From the UHGV virus genome UHGV-0824613: a stretch of 46,515 bases of DNA; one strand, given 5' to 3'. The stretch's first letter is position 1. Every line of letters begins with the position of its first letter. Under the pieces are notes generated by a model. It saw nothing but the letters and a program-made list of their open reading frames with translations. It searched no databases and was not told the origin of the DNA. This stretch comes from a virus. Below, piece after piece: positions 17,914 through 31,088 of the stretch. The translations under genes were made by a program, and so were the position numbers.

Positions 17914-18116
17914 TTCTTGTCGCCACTTTTAACCAGTGCCCAAACCAGTGCCGCAACCCATCCAATAAAGCTCCATCCGACAAGAATATTCAGTACGCAG
18001 ATTGCAGTCGTGTTTACGTGCTTGCGTTGCAGGGCCACAAAAGATGGCAGAAGGTACGCAAATATCACCAAGCCAACAAAAAACAACAAAATAACAACGT
18101 CCATAGCTAACCTCAT
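17910..18116 (-). CDS. small membrane protein (2 TM)
   Basis: MRLAMDVVILLFFVGLVIFAYLL...ICVLNILVGWSFIGWVAALVWALV. First gene of the antisense operon. Confidence 0.5.
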   Translation of the reverse strand: MRLAMDVVILLFFVGLVIFAYLLPSFVALQRKHVNTTAICVLNILVGWSFIGWVAALVWALVKSGDKK

Positions 18117-18208
18117 TCATACCTCGTTTCGATGACTTGAATCTACATCACCACCTCACAGGTGTCAACACCACTGAGATGATATAATCAACATCAGTCA
18201 AATTCAGG
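18117..18208. promoter_or_regulatory. divergent promoter region with motif copy
   Basis: gaatctacatcacc (18139-18152), TATAAT (18183-18188). Confidence 0.45.
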
Positions 18209-18925
18209 ATGCAAAACATGAGCAATCGCACGCCACTAACAGAAATCGGAGAGATGCGCATCTCGCTTTCTGACAGAAGTTTTTTCTTTAAGCCATCATT
18301 CCGCGCAATGAATGAAATCGGCACACCAAAAGAAATCGTCGAGGTGTACGCCAGACTCAATGGCATTGATTATGTTGCGCCATTGCAGCACGTAGAATAC
18401 CTGCCATTTGGTGCTCAGATGCAGGTTATGAAAACTATCAGCAAGCCTGTGTATGGTAGACACGTGCTGAGCGCGGCCTATATTGTCATGCAGTCATGTT
18501 GCGAAGATGATGTTTCAGTGCTGATTGGTGGATGGAAGCCAACACCACGCGGCGTGCGATACGTTCCCGGCATGATGCCAGTGAGTGACATTATTATTAT
18601 TGCGCGCAACCTGATGCAGCACGGCATCATTGGCAAGTCGCCACTCAAAGTGCCTGAACGTCTGGAAGAGCGGGGGAAGAAAACCACAAACGAGTTTCAT
18701 GCGTCGCAATACATCATCTCAGCACGCACGCATTTCGATATGACACGTGACGAAGCTGAAAACCTGTCTATGACAGAGTTTCAGATGATGATTAAAAATA
18801 AATACCCAGAGCCGAAAGGGTTAACGAAAGAAGAGCGCGCGGCAGAGTACGATCAGGCTAAAGCAGACCGCGAGCGTATGAAGGCACTGGCTGAACGCAA
18901 AGCGAAAAAAGCGAGGAATACATAA
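18209..18925 (+). CDS. putative tail assembly chaperone (start may be 18218)
   Basis: Immediately upstream of the TMP and coupled to it (taATGg). No separate frameshifted partner ORF was detected. Confidence 0.4.
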   Translation: MQNMSNRTPLTEIGEMRISLSDRSFFFKPSFRAMNEIGTPKEIVEVYARLNGIDYVAPLQHVEYLPFGAQMQVMKTISKPVYGRHVLSAAYIVMQSCCEDDVSVLIGGWKPTPRGVRYVPGMMPVSDIIIIARNLMQHGIIGKSPLKVPERLEERGKKTTNEFHASQYIISARTHFDMTRDEAENLSMTEFQMMIKNKYPEPKGLTKEERAAEYDQAKADRERMKALAERKAKKARNT

Positions 18926-21303
18926 TGGCTGAAGAAGTCGGCGGAATTGTCTATGAAGTCGGGATGGATGTTAAAGGCCTGAAAGCTGGTGCGACAACAG
19001 CCAATAAGACTTTAGATGACCTTGAATCATCAACCAACAAAACCACAAGCGCGCTTGGCAGGCTGGATAAAAACGCCAGAAATGCTGGCAGTGGGATGAA
19101 GAATGCTGGCGGCGCAGCTTCAGGGCTAAAAACGCAGATGACAGCTCTTGCTGGCGCAATATCCGTGTCACTGATTATCGAATGGGGAAAGCGATTCCTT
19201 GAGGTTGCCGATAACATGACTCAGCTTCAGGCAAGGATTGCTCGATTATCAACTGATGCGAAAACCGCGAACGAAACATTCAGTTCACTGGCAAATATCG
19301 CCTCAACCACTGGCGCAAGCCTCAGTGACACTACGAAGTTGTGGGAAACATTAACGTCATCACTGAAGGAGGCTGGCGCGACAAATGCGCAGGTTCTGAA
19401 CCTTACCGATACCCTGCAAAAAATAGGTCGAATCGGCGGGTCATCAACAGAAGAAATGGCGAACGCCCTGCGTCAGTTCGGTCAGTCAATTGCTTCTGGT
19501 ACAATCCGCGCCGAAGAATTTAACTCCATCCTTGAGCAGATGCCTGAGCTTGCTCGCCAGATTGCGGCGGGTCTTGGTATTTCAATGGGTGAACTTCGCG
19601 CCAGAATGCTCGATGGCAAACTGACAGCAGAAGATGCGCTAAATGCCATTCAGGACAGGACAAGCGTGGTCAATGCTGAGTTTGAAAAACTTCCTCGCAC
19701 AATGGATCAGGCTGTTGGTTCTCTTGAAGTTTCATTCTCCAAACTTGTGGTTGCCGTTAACGATGCCACTGGTGCATCAAAAACAGCAGTAGAGATTATC
19801 GACCAGCTGGCAAAATACATTGATTTCCTCGGCGACAAATCAACCAGCACAAGCGATAAGATTTTATCTCTCGCCACTGTCATTTCTAAGCTAAACCCGG
19901 GCGCATGGGCGCAGATGGGAGTCGATGCGCTTTTTGGTGATGATGATATTGAGAAGCAAAAACAATATAACGATCAGGTCGAGCGATTCGTCAAGGCATC
20001 AGCAGAAGGTTACGAGCAGACAAAGAAACAGGCTGAAGCAACAAAACACCTGAAGATTGCACAAGCACCAACAAAAGACAAAAAAGGAAAAGGAAAGGGC
20101 AAAAGCGCCGAAGAACGACAAGCTGAATCAGTAGCTGAAAAGCTGGAGAAATTACGCCAGCAAACCATGCTAAATGCAACATCTACCAGCGAACTATCCC
20201 GCGAGCAAGCCATCCTCAACGCGCAACAATCGCTTGGCAAAGCTGCCACTCAGGAGCAAATAAAACTGGCTGGCGAGTACGCTGCGAAGATTTGGGACCA
20301 GAAAAGCGCACTGAAGGAACAGGCGGCGGCGGAGAAGGAAAAGCAGCGCGTAGAAAAATCATATCAGGGATTGCGTGCCATTGCGTCTCCAACGACTGGC
20401 ATTGATAGCGAATACCAGCAACGCATGGCTGACCTTGACGCCTACGCCGCAGCATATCCGCAGAAAATCACGGAGATTGAGCAGACTCGCGCAGCAATTG
20501 AAGCGCAGTATCGCCAGCAGAGAATGGATGCGATGTGGGCTGAATGGCAGCAGCAAAGCCTCGGGGCGCAATTGTTCGGCACGGCGCTTGATTCAGCGAT
20601 GAGCACAGCATCAAACAGCATCACTGGATTGCTCACAGGCACAATGAGCGTTCAGGATGCAATGCGCAGCCTCGGCTCTACGGTGCTGAATTCTCTGGTA
20701 AACAGCTTTGTTGAAATGGGAGTTCAGTGGGTTAAATCCGCCGTTATGGGGCAGACTGCGCAGGTTGCGGCAACAGCTACCACCACAGCAGCGCAAACAG
20801 CAGGGCTGGCAACCACAACAGCAGCATCAACGGCGGCAGCAGCAACCACCACGGCGGTATGGACTCCAGCGGCAATCGTGGCATCAATCGGCTCATTCGG
20901 TGGCGCGGCTGCAATTGGTGTAGGTGCCGTTCTCGGCGCACTGGCAATGGGTATTGCTGGCAAGCGAAAAAATGGTGGCCCTGTTAGCGCCGGAAGTATG
21001 TACGAAGTGGGCGAGGGAAACGCACCAGAAATATTCCAAGCCAGCACAGGTAGGCAATACATGATACCTGGCAATTCAGGTAAGGTTATCAGCAATAAGG
21101 ATATTTCCGGTGGAATCGGCGGTGGTGTTGTGGTTTATAATAGCATCATCAATAACAGCTCAGCGCAGGTTAGCAGCAGCGCCAGAGATAACGGTGACGG
21201 CAGCGTGACGATTGAGACGATTGTGAGTGATATAGAAAACAACGGCCCCATTGGGCAAAGCATTAGCCGCAACTACTCAGCAAACAGGAGAGCAACAGAG
21301 TAA
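18925..21303 (+). CDS. tail tape measure protein
   Basis: 792 aa, alpha-helical and coiled-coil rich. C-terminal A/T/G-rich hydrophobic region. Canonical position. Confidence 0.85.
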   Translation: MAEEVGGIVYEVGMDVKGLKAGATTANKTLDDLESSTNKTTSALGRLDKNARNAGSGMKNAGGAASGLKTQMTALAGAISVSLIIEWGKRFLEVADNMTQLQARIARLSTDAKTANETFSSLANIASTTGASLSDTTKLWETLTSSLKEAGATNAQVLNLTDTLQKIGRIGGSSTEEMANALRQFGQSIASGTIRAEEFNSILEQMPELARQIAAGLGISMGELRARMLDGKLTAEDALNAIQDRTSVVNAEFEKLPRTMDQAVGSLEVSFSKLVVAVNDATGASKTAVEIIDQLAKYIDFLGDKSTSTSDKILSLATVISKLNPGAWAQMGVDALFGDDDIEKQKQYNDQVERFVKASAEGYEQTKKQAEATKHLKIAQAPTKDKKGKGKGKSAEERQAESVAEKLEKLRQQTMLNATSTSELSREQAILNAQQSLGKAATQEQIKLAGEYAAKIWDQKSALKEQAAAEKEKQRVEKSYQGLRAIASPTTGIDSEYQQRMADLDAYAAAYPQKITEIEQTRAAIEAQYRQQRMDAMWAEWQQQSLGAQLFGTALDSAMSTASNSITGLLTGTMSVQDAMRSLGSTVLNSLVNSFVEMGVQWVKSAVMGQTAQVAATATTTAAQTAGLATTTAASTAAAATTTAVWTPAAIVASIGSFGGAAAIGVGAVLGALAMGIAGKRKNGGPVSAGSMYEVGEGNAPEIFQASTGRQYMIPGNSGKVISNKDISGGIGGGVVVYNSIINNSSAQVSSSARDNGDGSVTIETIVSDIENNGPIGQSISRNYSANRRATE

Positions 21304-21315
21304 AAAGAAGCCCCG

Positions 21316-22254
21316 CTATTGCGGGGTTAGCTTTTCTATCTCCAGCATCAACCTTGGTGTTTTTATTACCCATTCCGTACACCCATCAAACCCAGAAAAT
21401 CCAGCTCTCTGGAATTCATTGTGAAATCTTGATTCTATGCTTGCAGAAGTCATGCCATTTGTTTTTATTATCTTGATGATATCGAATTGAAATGGCGTAT
21501 CTCTGGTTAATTTCCTTATCCTCTCTGCTTTATTATGAGTTACACCAATCTTTACCGCTCCAGCTGATACGGAAACAAGAAAGTAAACATATGCCGTTTT
21601 GTTTGTCCTCTTAAACCCATAATCAGCGCATTCAGGGCATCCCTTTCCAGACATATGATCGGAAGTAAATTGCAAAAATTCCCCATGCTTACGGCATATT
21701 ATTTTAACCTTAACCCTAGAATTAACGAATGAATCAGCATCATATTGATAAGCGAACGAGTGAACTATATTTGATTTTCTCACAAAAATATCAAACGTTA
21801 ACTTCCTGTTCTTGCTGCATGATGGACATCCTGCCCCTGCCATATGATGACTTCTTCTTTGAGTGAATACGCCATGTTCTCTGCATATTATCTTGATATT
21901 TTCTGAAGATACCTCACCTTCAACCAGGGAATAATCATATTTACATTCATGAATTTCATTAAACCTCTCAATCAGAGAGTGCAGTTTGATTTTTCTTGAT
22001 TCACGCCCACACAACCTGCACCCTCCAACTAAATGAGCATCAGGCCTTTGTCTAAACTCCCCATGCTCCCTGCAAATTATTGTTAATTTTGTTTTAGCGT
22101 CAAAATAAACAGATTTTGAGTAATCATATTTGTCACCGTGCATAAGTCTTGCACGACGGATGAATTCTTCAGTAGTTAATCGCTTACTCATATTGAATCC
22201 CCGGTTAAAGGTGGTTTGAAGTGATGCAGCAGGCGATAACCAATCGCTTTTCAT
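21316..22254 (-). CDS. free-standing homing-endonuclease-like protein: 3 Zn-ribbon repeats + C-terminal T5orf172/MUG113 (GIY-YIG-like) domain
   Basis: Three repeats of ..IICREHGEFRQ....H..G.GCP.C. C-terminal YVYFLVS...GAVKIGVTHNKAERIRKL...FQFDIIK...ESRFHNEF...EWV matches the T5orf172 pattern. Antisense insertion between the TMP and tail-tip genes. Confidence 0.8.
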   Translation of the reverse strand: MKSDWLSPAASLQTTFNRGFNMSKRLTTEEFIRRARLMHGDKYDYSKSVYFDAKTKLTIICREHGEFRQRPDAHLVGGCRLCGRESRKIKLHSLIERFNEIHECKYDYSLVEGEVSSENIKIICREHGVFTQRRSHHMAGAGCPSCSKNRKLTFDIFVRKSNIVHSFAYQYDADSFVNSRVKVKIICRKHGEFLQFTSDHMSGKGCPECADYGFKRTNKTAYVYFLVSVSAGAVKIGVTHNKAERIRKLTRDTPFQFDIIKIIKTNGMTSASIESRFHNEFQRAGFSGFDGCTEWVIKTPRLMLEIEKLTPQ

Positions 22255-22327
22255 CTGGCCGGACTAGCTGCACTTATGATTGTACCATCAGCGTGCTAAA
22301 ATACAACAACACAAGATGGAGACTATC

Positions 22328-26129
<3,802 letters not shown>

Positions 26130-26168
26130 TACAATATACATCAAATTCACAAAGGAGCATTTATTATA

Positions 26169-28436
26169 ATGGCTACCACACCAACCAATAAACCAATCCC
26201 AAGCGAAGACCCGCGCGACCTGAAATTTAATGCCGGTAAGATTGATGAGGTTGTAACGTCTGACGCGCATTACTACACCGACCGCTTCGGTGTACGCCGC
26301 TGGACAATTGCTGGTTTTCAGTACACCGCAGAAGAGGCTATCCGTAATTATGGCTACATAACAATGGATAGCTTCGAAGATGGCGCGACACTGACGCTAC
26401 CTAATCAGATTTTGCGTTATGAAGCGACTGGCGAATATTATCGTTTTGATGGCGACCTACCAAAGACAGTGCCAGCAGGTTCAACTCCTGAAACTTCCGG
26501 TGGGATTGGATTAGGTGCGTGGGTTAGTGTTGGTGATGCTGCTTTAAGAAGTCAGATTTCAAACCCGGAAGGGGCAATACTCTACCCGGAATTGCAGATG
26601 GCAAGATGGCGTGATGAGGGTGATGTTCGAGGCTGGGGTGCTAAAGGGGATGGTGTAACAGATAGTACGGAGAATATAGCTGCTTCACTAAATTCTCAAA
26701 AAGCTGTCGTAGCATCAGACGGTGTATTCTCTAGTTCTGGTATTAATAGTAATTACTGTAACTTAGACGGTAGAGGCAGTGGTGTACTAAGTCACCGTTC
26801 AAGTACAGGTAACTACTTAGTATTTAACAATCTACGCTCAGGTCGCTTAAGTAATATTACGGTAGAAAGTAATAAGGCGACCGATACCACTCAAGGGCAG
26901 CAGGTATCTCTTGCTGGTGGTAGTGATGTTACTATAAGTGATGTTAATTTCTCAAACGTTAAGGGCGCTGGTTTCAGTTTAATCACATACCCTAATGATG
27001 CACCCTCTGATGGGCTTATGATTAAAGGCATTCGAGGTAGCTACTCCGGCTATGCTACTAATAAGGCGGCTGGATGCATACTTGCTGATTCCTCGGTTAA
27101 CTCCCTCATAAATAACGTCATTGCTAAGAACTACCCTCAGTTCGGGGCTGTAGAACTGAAAGGTACAGCCAGTTATAACATAGTCAGCAATGTTATAGGG
27201 GCAGACTGCCAGCATGTAACTTACAACGGTACAGAAGGGTCAATAGCTCCCTCTAACAACCTTATCAATGGGGTAGTGGCTAATAATCCTAAATATGCAG
27301 CGGTTGTTGTAGGCAAAGGTAGTACCAACTTAATCTCCGATGTGCTTGTAGATTTCTCAATCTCTGATGCTAGTCAGGCTCACGGTGCTACAGTAGAAGG
27401 CTCTGATAACGTAATAAGCAATGTGCTTATGTCAGGATGTGATGGTACTAACTCTTTAGGGCAAGCTCAAACTGCTACAATTGCGCGCTTTATAGGTACA
27501 GCTAATAACAACTATGCGTCTGTATTTCCTAGCTACAGTGCTACAGGTGTTATTACTTTCGAATCAGGTTCTACCCGTAACTTCGTAGAGGTAAAGCATC
27601 CTGGAAGGAGAAACGACCTTCTCAGTGCTACTGGTACTATTGAAGGTGCAGTTACTATTGACGGCACTAGTAATAGCAACGTAGTGCACGCTCCTGCATT
27701 AGGACAGTACATAGGCAGTATGTCCGGTAGGTTCGAATGGCGGATTAAGTCCATGTCACTTCCGTCAGGCGTTCTTACCTCGGCTGATAAGTACAGAATG
27801 CTTGGGGATGATGCTGTGTCATTAGCTGTAGGTGGGGGTACTTCTTCTCAAGTTCACCTATTTACTTCTGATGGTACTTCTCGGAAAGTATCACTCACCA
27901 ACGGTAACGTGCGTCTTCCTACCAGTAGCACAGGTTATTTGCAGTTAGGTTCTAATGCAATAACCCCAAATAGTACTGATACATACGCATTAGGTTCCGC
28001 AAGTCGAGCATGGTCTGGCGGTTTTACTCAATCAGCATTCACTATTGTCTCAGATGCTAGGGATAAAACAGAGCCTCTTATTATCTCAGATGCTTTACTG
28101 GATGCTTGGTCTGAAGTTGACTTTGTGCAATTTCAGTACTTGGACCGAATTGAGGAGAAGGGTGCAGACTCAGCTAGATGGCACTTCGGCATCATCGCTC
28201 AGCGAGCTAAGGAGGCATTCGAGCGTCACGGTATAGATGCACATCGCTATGGCTTCCTGTGCTTCGACAGTTGGGATGATGTATACGAGGAAGATGCCAA
28301 TGGCTCTCGTAAACTGATTACACCAGCAGGTTCCCGCTACGGTATTCGTTACGAGGAAGTACTGATATTAGAGGCTGCGTTGATGCGGCGTACTATTAAG
28401 CGTATGCAGGAAGCATTAGCTGTTATGTCTAAGTGA
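26169..28436 (+). CDS. tailspike/tail fiber with right-handed beta-helix (pectate-lyase-like depolymerase) and C-terminal S74 intramolecular chaperone domain
   Basis: Central beta-helix repeats with (S/T)N(V/L)I(S/A/G)(N/D)V spacing. C-terminal ...SDARDKTEPLIISDALLDAWSEVDFVQFQYLDRIEEKGADSARWHFGIIAQ...YGFLCFDSWDD is typical of the endosialidase/T5-pb1-type chaperone. Confidence 0.85.
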   Translation: MATTPTNKPIPSEDPRDLKFNAGKIDEVVTSDAHYYTDRFGVRRWTIAGFQYTAEEAIRNYGYITMDSFEDGATLTLPNQILRYEATGEYYRFDGDLPKTVPAGSTPETSGGIGLGAWVSVGDAALRSQISNPEGAILYPELQMARWRDEGDVRGWGAKGDGVTDSTENIAASLNSQKAVVASDGVFSSSGINSNYCNLDGRGSGVLSHRSSTGNYLVFNNLRSGRLSNITVESNKATDTTQGQQVSLAGGSDVTISDVNFSNVKGAGFSLITYPNDAPSDGLMIKGIRGSYSGYATNKAAGCILADSSVNSLINNVIAKNYPQFGAVELKGTASYNIVSNVIGADCQHVTYNGTEGSIAPSNNLINGVVANNPKYAAVVVGKGSTNLISDVLVDFSISDASQAHGATVEGSDNVISNVLMSGCDGTNSLGQAQTATIARFIGTANNNYASVFPSYSATGVITFESGSTRNFVEVKHPGRRNDLLSATGTIEGAVTIDGTSNSNVVHAPALGQYIGSMSGRFEWRIKSMSLPSGVLTSADKYRMLGDDAVSLAVGGGTSSQVHLFTSDGTSRKVSLTNGNVRLPTSSTGYLQLGSNAITPNSTDTYALGSASRAWSGGFTQSAFTIVSDARDKTEPLIISDALLDAWSEVDFVQFQYLDRIEEKGADSARWHFGIIAQRAKEAFERHGIDAHRYGFLCFDSWDDVYEEDANGSRKLITPAGSRYGIRYEEVLILEAALMRRTIKRMQEALAVMSK

Positions 28437-28514
28437 GTAATACTGGTACGGTTAGATCAGTAGAGTTGGTTAACAGTAGCCTACGTGCTACCAGGCTATT
28501 ATTTATCAAGGTAT

Positions 28515-28546
28515 AAAACCCCGCTCAGGCGGGGTTTGTTTTATCA
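28515..28546. terminator. bidirectional rho-independent terminator
   Basis: aaaaccccgctcaggcggggtttgtttt between the convergent tailspike and SSB genes. Confidence 0.6.
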
Positions 28547-29035
28547 TCAGAAGGGAATGTCATCATCGAAGTCCATCGGAGTCTCATTGCCTCCTTGTTG
28601 GCTTTGTTGTTTTGGTTGCTGCTGTTGTTGTCGTTGCGGTTGTTGGCCTGATTGCTGGCGTGGTTGCTGCTGACCAGAATCATCACGTTTACCGCCAAGC
28701 ATCTGCATAACTCCGCCCATCTGCGGGATGACAATCTCCGTGGTATATCGGTCCACGCCGTTGCTGTCAGTCCACTTACGAGTGCGAAGTTGTCCTTCGA
28801 TGTAAACCTGCGAGCCTTTGCGAAGGTACTCTCCTGCAACCTCAGCAAGTTTCCCGAAGATTACCACGCGATGCCATTCAGTCTGCTCTTTCTTTTCTCC
28901 TGTTTGTTTGTCTTTCCACTGCTCAGATGTTGCAACGGATAGGTTGGCAATTGCAGATCCTGATGCTGAATATTTAACTTCTGGGTCATTACCGAGAGTA
29001 CCAACGATAATTACTTTATTTACTCCGCGTGCCAT
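28547..29035 (-). CDS. ssb: single-stranded DNA-binding protein, host-like
   Basis: Near-collinear with E. coli SSB (RGVNKVI.VG.LG.DPEV...[40 protein letters not shown]), Q/G-rich linker, C-terminal DFDDDIPF. Confidence 0.9.
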   Translation of the reverse strand: MARGVNKVIIVGTLGNDPEVKYSASGSAIANLSVATSEQWKDKQTGEKKEQTEWHRVVIFGKLAEVAGEYLRKGSQVYIEGQLRTRKWTDSNGVDRYTTEIVIPQMGGVMQMLGGKRDDSGQQQPRQQSGQQPQRQQQQQPKQQSQQGGNETPMDFDDDIPF

Positions 29036-29038
29036 TTA

Positions 29039-30085
29039 TTAAAATCCTTCAATTGGAGTTGGTTTATGTTCGGTTTTTTCTTCCTGCGGTTCTGACTGCT
29101 GTGATTGCGGTTTAGCCAGCTTTGCAGGGTTGAAATTATCCTGTGGAGTGATTACCACAGGAGATACTTGCTCATCATTGATGAAAGACTCAATGCGATC
29201 ATATTCAGCTGCAGAGGCGGCGAGAGAAGACCAGATTGCGCGAATTTTATCTTTCAGGTTGTCAGGTATTGATTTTGCCTCTTCCTTCAGTCCTTCCATG
29301 CCTTTTGCTGCTGAAAGCTGAAGTCGTGAGCGCCATGATTCAAACTCCTCGTCAACTTTAACGCCAGAGTCCACCCATTTTATGAGTCCGCGACCGTGCG
29401 CCTCACCGATATATCCATGACGAACACTTTCCCGACCAGATTCAAAGAATATAGGGCGAAGCTCTTCTGGCAATTTTGTGAACTCCTGAATCTTCCCTCC
29501 ATCATGCATCATCATGCTCACAGTCATTTCGAACATGAAGTCTTTCTCACACACTGGCTGCAACCCAAGTGATACAGGCTCCTTCGGGTTTGCGAAGTCA
29601 GTTTTCTGGCGTGCGCGAAGACAAACAATGATATGCATATTGCTTTGTAGCATGGCGTTCATAAACTTTTTGTGTTCAGCTTTGGCGCGCTTCCAGTCAG
29701 CCATTTTTTTGCCATTAAGCAGTGGCTTTTCAGCAATCTCAGTGCAACTGCCTTCACCTTCCCATTCGTGCGAACCTGAATCAATAACAAGAACCTTAAC
29801 GCCAGCAGCCTGAAATTCTTCAATTGCCTGACGGTAACGAGCGGGGCTGAATGGTGCATACATATCCGCGTGCAGGAATTTTCCATCAAGGATGTTTGAG
29901 TACAGGCGACCACGACCATTTTCAGTGTCAAGGAATCCGATTTCTGCTGGTGAATCAACCATGCCACGCGCAAGTTTCAGTGCGCTGTATGTTTTGCCAC
30001 TACCAGACTGACCGGAAATACCGATGACCACGCGAGAACCGGAACGCTCTGCTGGTTTGATATTGAGAATACCCATTTGCATCAC
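29039..30085 (-). CDS. AAA_24/Sak4-like RecA-fold ATPase (recombination)
   Basis: Walker A GISGQSGSGKTYSAL. Sits next to SSB and the exonuclease. Confidence 0.65.
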   Translation of the reverse strand: MMQMGILNIKPAERSGSRVVIGISGQSGSGKTYSALKLARGMVDSPAEIGFLDTENGRGRLYSNILDGKFLHADMYAPFSPARYRQAIEEFQAAGVKVLVIDSGSHEWEGEGSCTEIAEKPLLNGKKMADWKRAKAEHKKFMNAMLQSNMHIIVCLRARQKTDFANPKEPVSLGLQPVCEKDFMFEMTVSMMMHDGGKIQEFTKLPEELRPIFFESGRESVRHGYIGEAHGRGLIKWVDSGVKVDEEFESWRSRLQLSAAKGMEGLKEEAKSIPDNLKDKIRAIWSSLAASAAEYDRIESFINDEQVSPVVITPQDNFNPAKLAKPQSQQSEPQEEKTEHKPTPIEGF

Positions 30086-30093
30086 CTCACTAA

Positions 30094-31050
30094 TTATAAA
30101 TTAAATTGCTTTTTGAACCATTCAGGGGTTTCCATTTCGATGACAGGATTACCCATTGAATATCCAGGCCACGAATTGGCTTTTTTGCACGCTTTATAAA
30201 TTTCCATTGCACCATTCAACTGAATGCGACCTATGTGTAATTGTTCTTCAGTTAAACGAATTAATGCAGGAATAAACGGAGCTTTCTTTTCCTGCACCAG
30301 AAGATTTACCGACCGCGGCGCATGACCGTAAGCCGCGACAAACATATCGTGTTGCATAGCCATTTTCATAAAGTAACCAAGTCTCGCAGCATGACGGAAA
30401 AATTCATCAGGCTTGGCGCTTACCGCTGTTTTGTAGTCAATGATGTCACCACCTCTGGTAAGGCAGTCAAAGCGAACCTTTGCTTTCTCTCCGTTAAGCT
30501 CACCAAGAATTGACACCTCAGCATAAGCGCCAGCGAGAAGACTGCTGTAATAGCTGTTTGCGTGGATTACAGCGCGCATTTGCTGAATGGCGTCATAATC
30601 ACTACCTTCCAGCATCTTCTTTCCTGCAGCAGCTTTTTCAGCCTCTTCACGGATGACATCGTAAATTTTCACTGGTTCGCCAGTCGCCTGAATGATTTTG
30701 ATCACCTCAGATTTCGACTTCCCTGAAAGTCCTTTGATTCCTCGCTCTTTTGCCCATGAGTTCATATCTGCGGTAGTTACCAGAACGGTTGGTTTTCCAT
30801 CTTTGTCTTTTGGAAAATCATCTACAACAGGCATGCGAGCATATTCAGCATCGAAACGCTCAGGTTCAAGCAAAGCCGTATGGCTTCCTGTTCCGAAGAC
30901 AAGAGCTTTTGACTGCTCATCTTCTTCGTCTTTGTAGCGCCATGCTGCGGGACATCTGTCATATATGTTCCACAGTCCAGAACCATTAATATGCTCTGTG
31001 TCAGCGTGGTAAGACTCATTGCTCAACTCATTATTAAAGTAGACTTTCAT
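30094..31050 (-). CDS. PD-(D/E)XK exonuclease (RecE/YqaJ/Cas4-like)
   Basis: ...GGDIIDYKTA... motif typical of the PD-(D/E)XK core. Recombination module context. Confidence 0.6.
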   Translation of the reverse strand: MKVYFNNELSNESYHADTEHINGSGLWNIYDRCPAAWRYKDEEDEQSKALVFGTGSHTALLEPERFDAEYARMPVVDDFPKDKDGKPTVLVTTADMNSWAKERGIKGLSGKSKSEVIKIIQATGEPVKIYDVIREEAEKAAAGKKMLEGSDYDAIQQMRAVIHANSYYSSLLAGAYAEVSILGELNGEKAKVRFDCLTRGGDIIDYKTAVSAKPDEFFRHAARLGYFMKMAMQHDMFVAAYGHAPRSVNLLVQEKKAPFIPALIRLTEEQLHIGRIQLNGAMEIYKACKKANSWPGYSMGNPVIEMETPEWFKKQFNL

Positions 31051-31088
31051 TTGTTAATCTCACTCATCATCACGTAAATGAATCTACA

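Noticed and set aside
19991-21095. Several antisense ORFs inside the tape measure gene (e.g. 20010..20249, 20724..21095)
   Set aside because: They are reverse-strand reading frames through Ala/Gln/Thr-rich, GC-biased coding sequence. Products are low-complexity Cys/Arg/Pro-rich artefacts.
28485-28673. Plus-strand 62-aa ORF (..CCCCRCGCW..)
   Set aside because: It is the antisense of the Gln/Pro-rich SSB linker and a pure low-complexity artefact.
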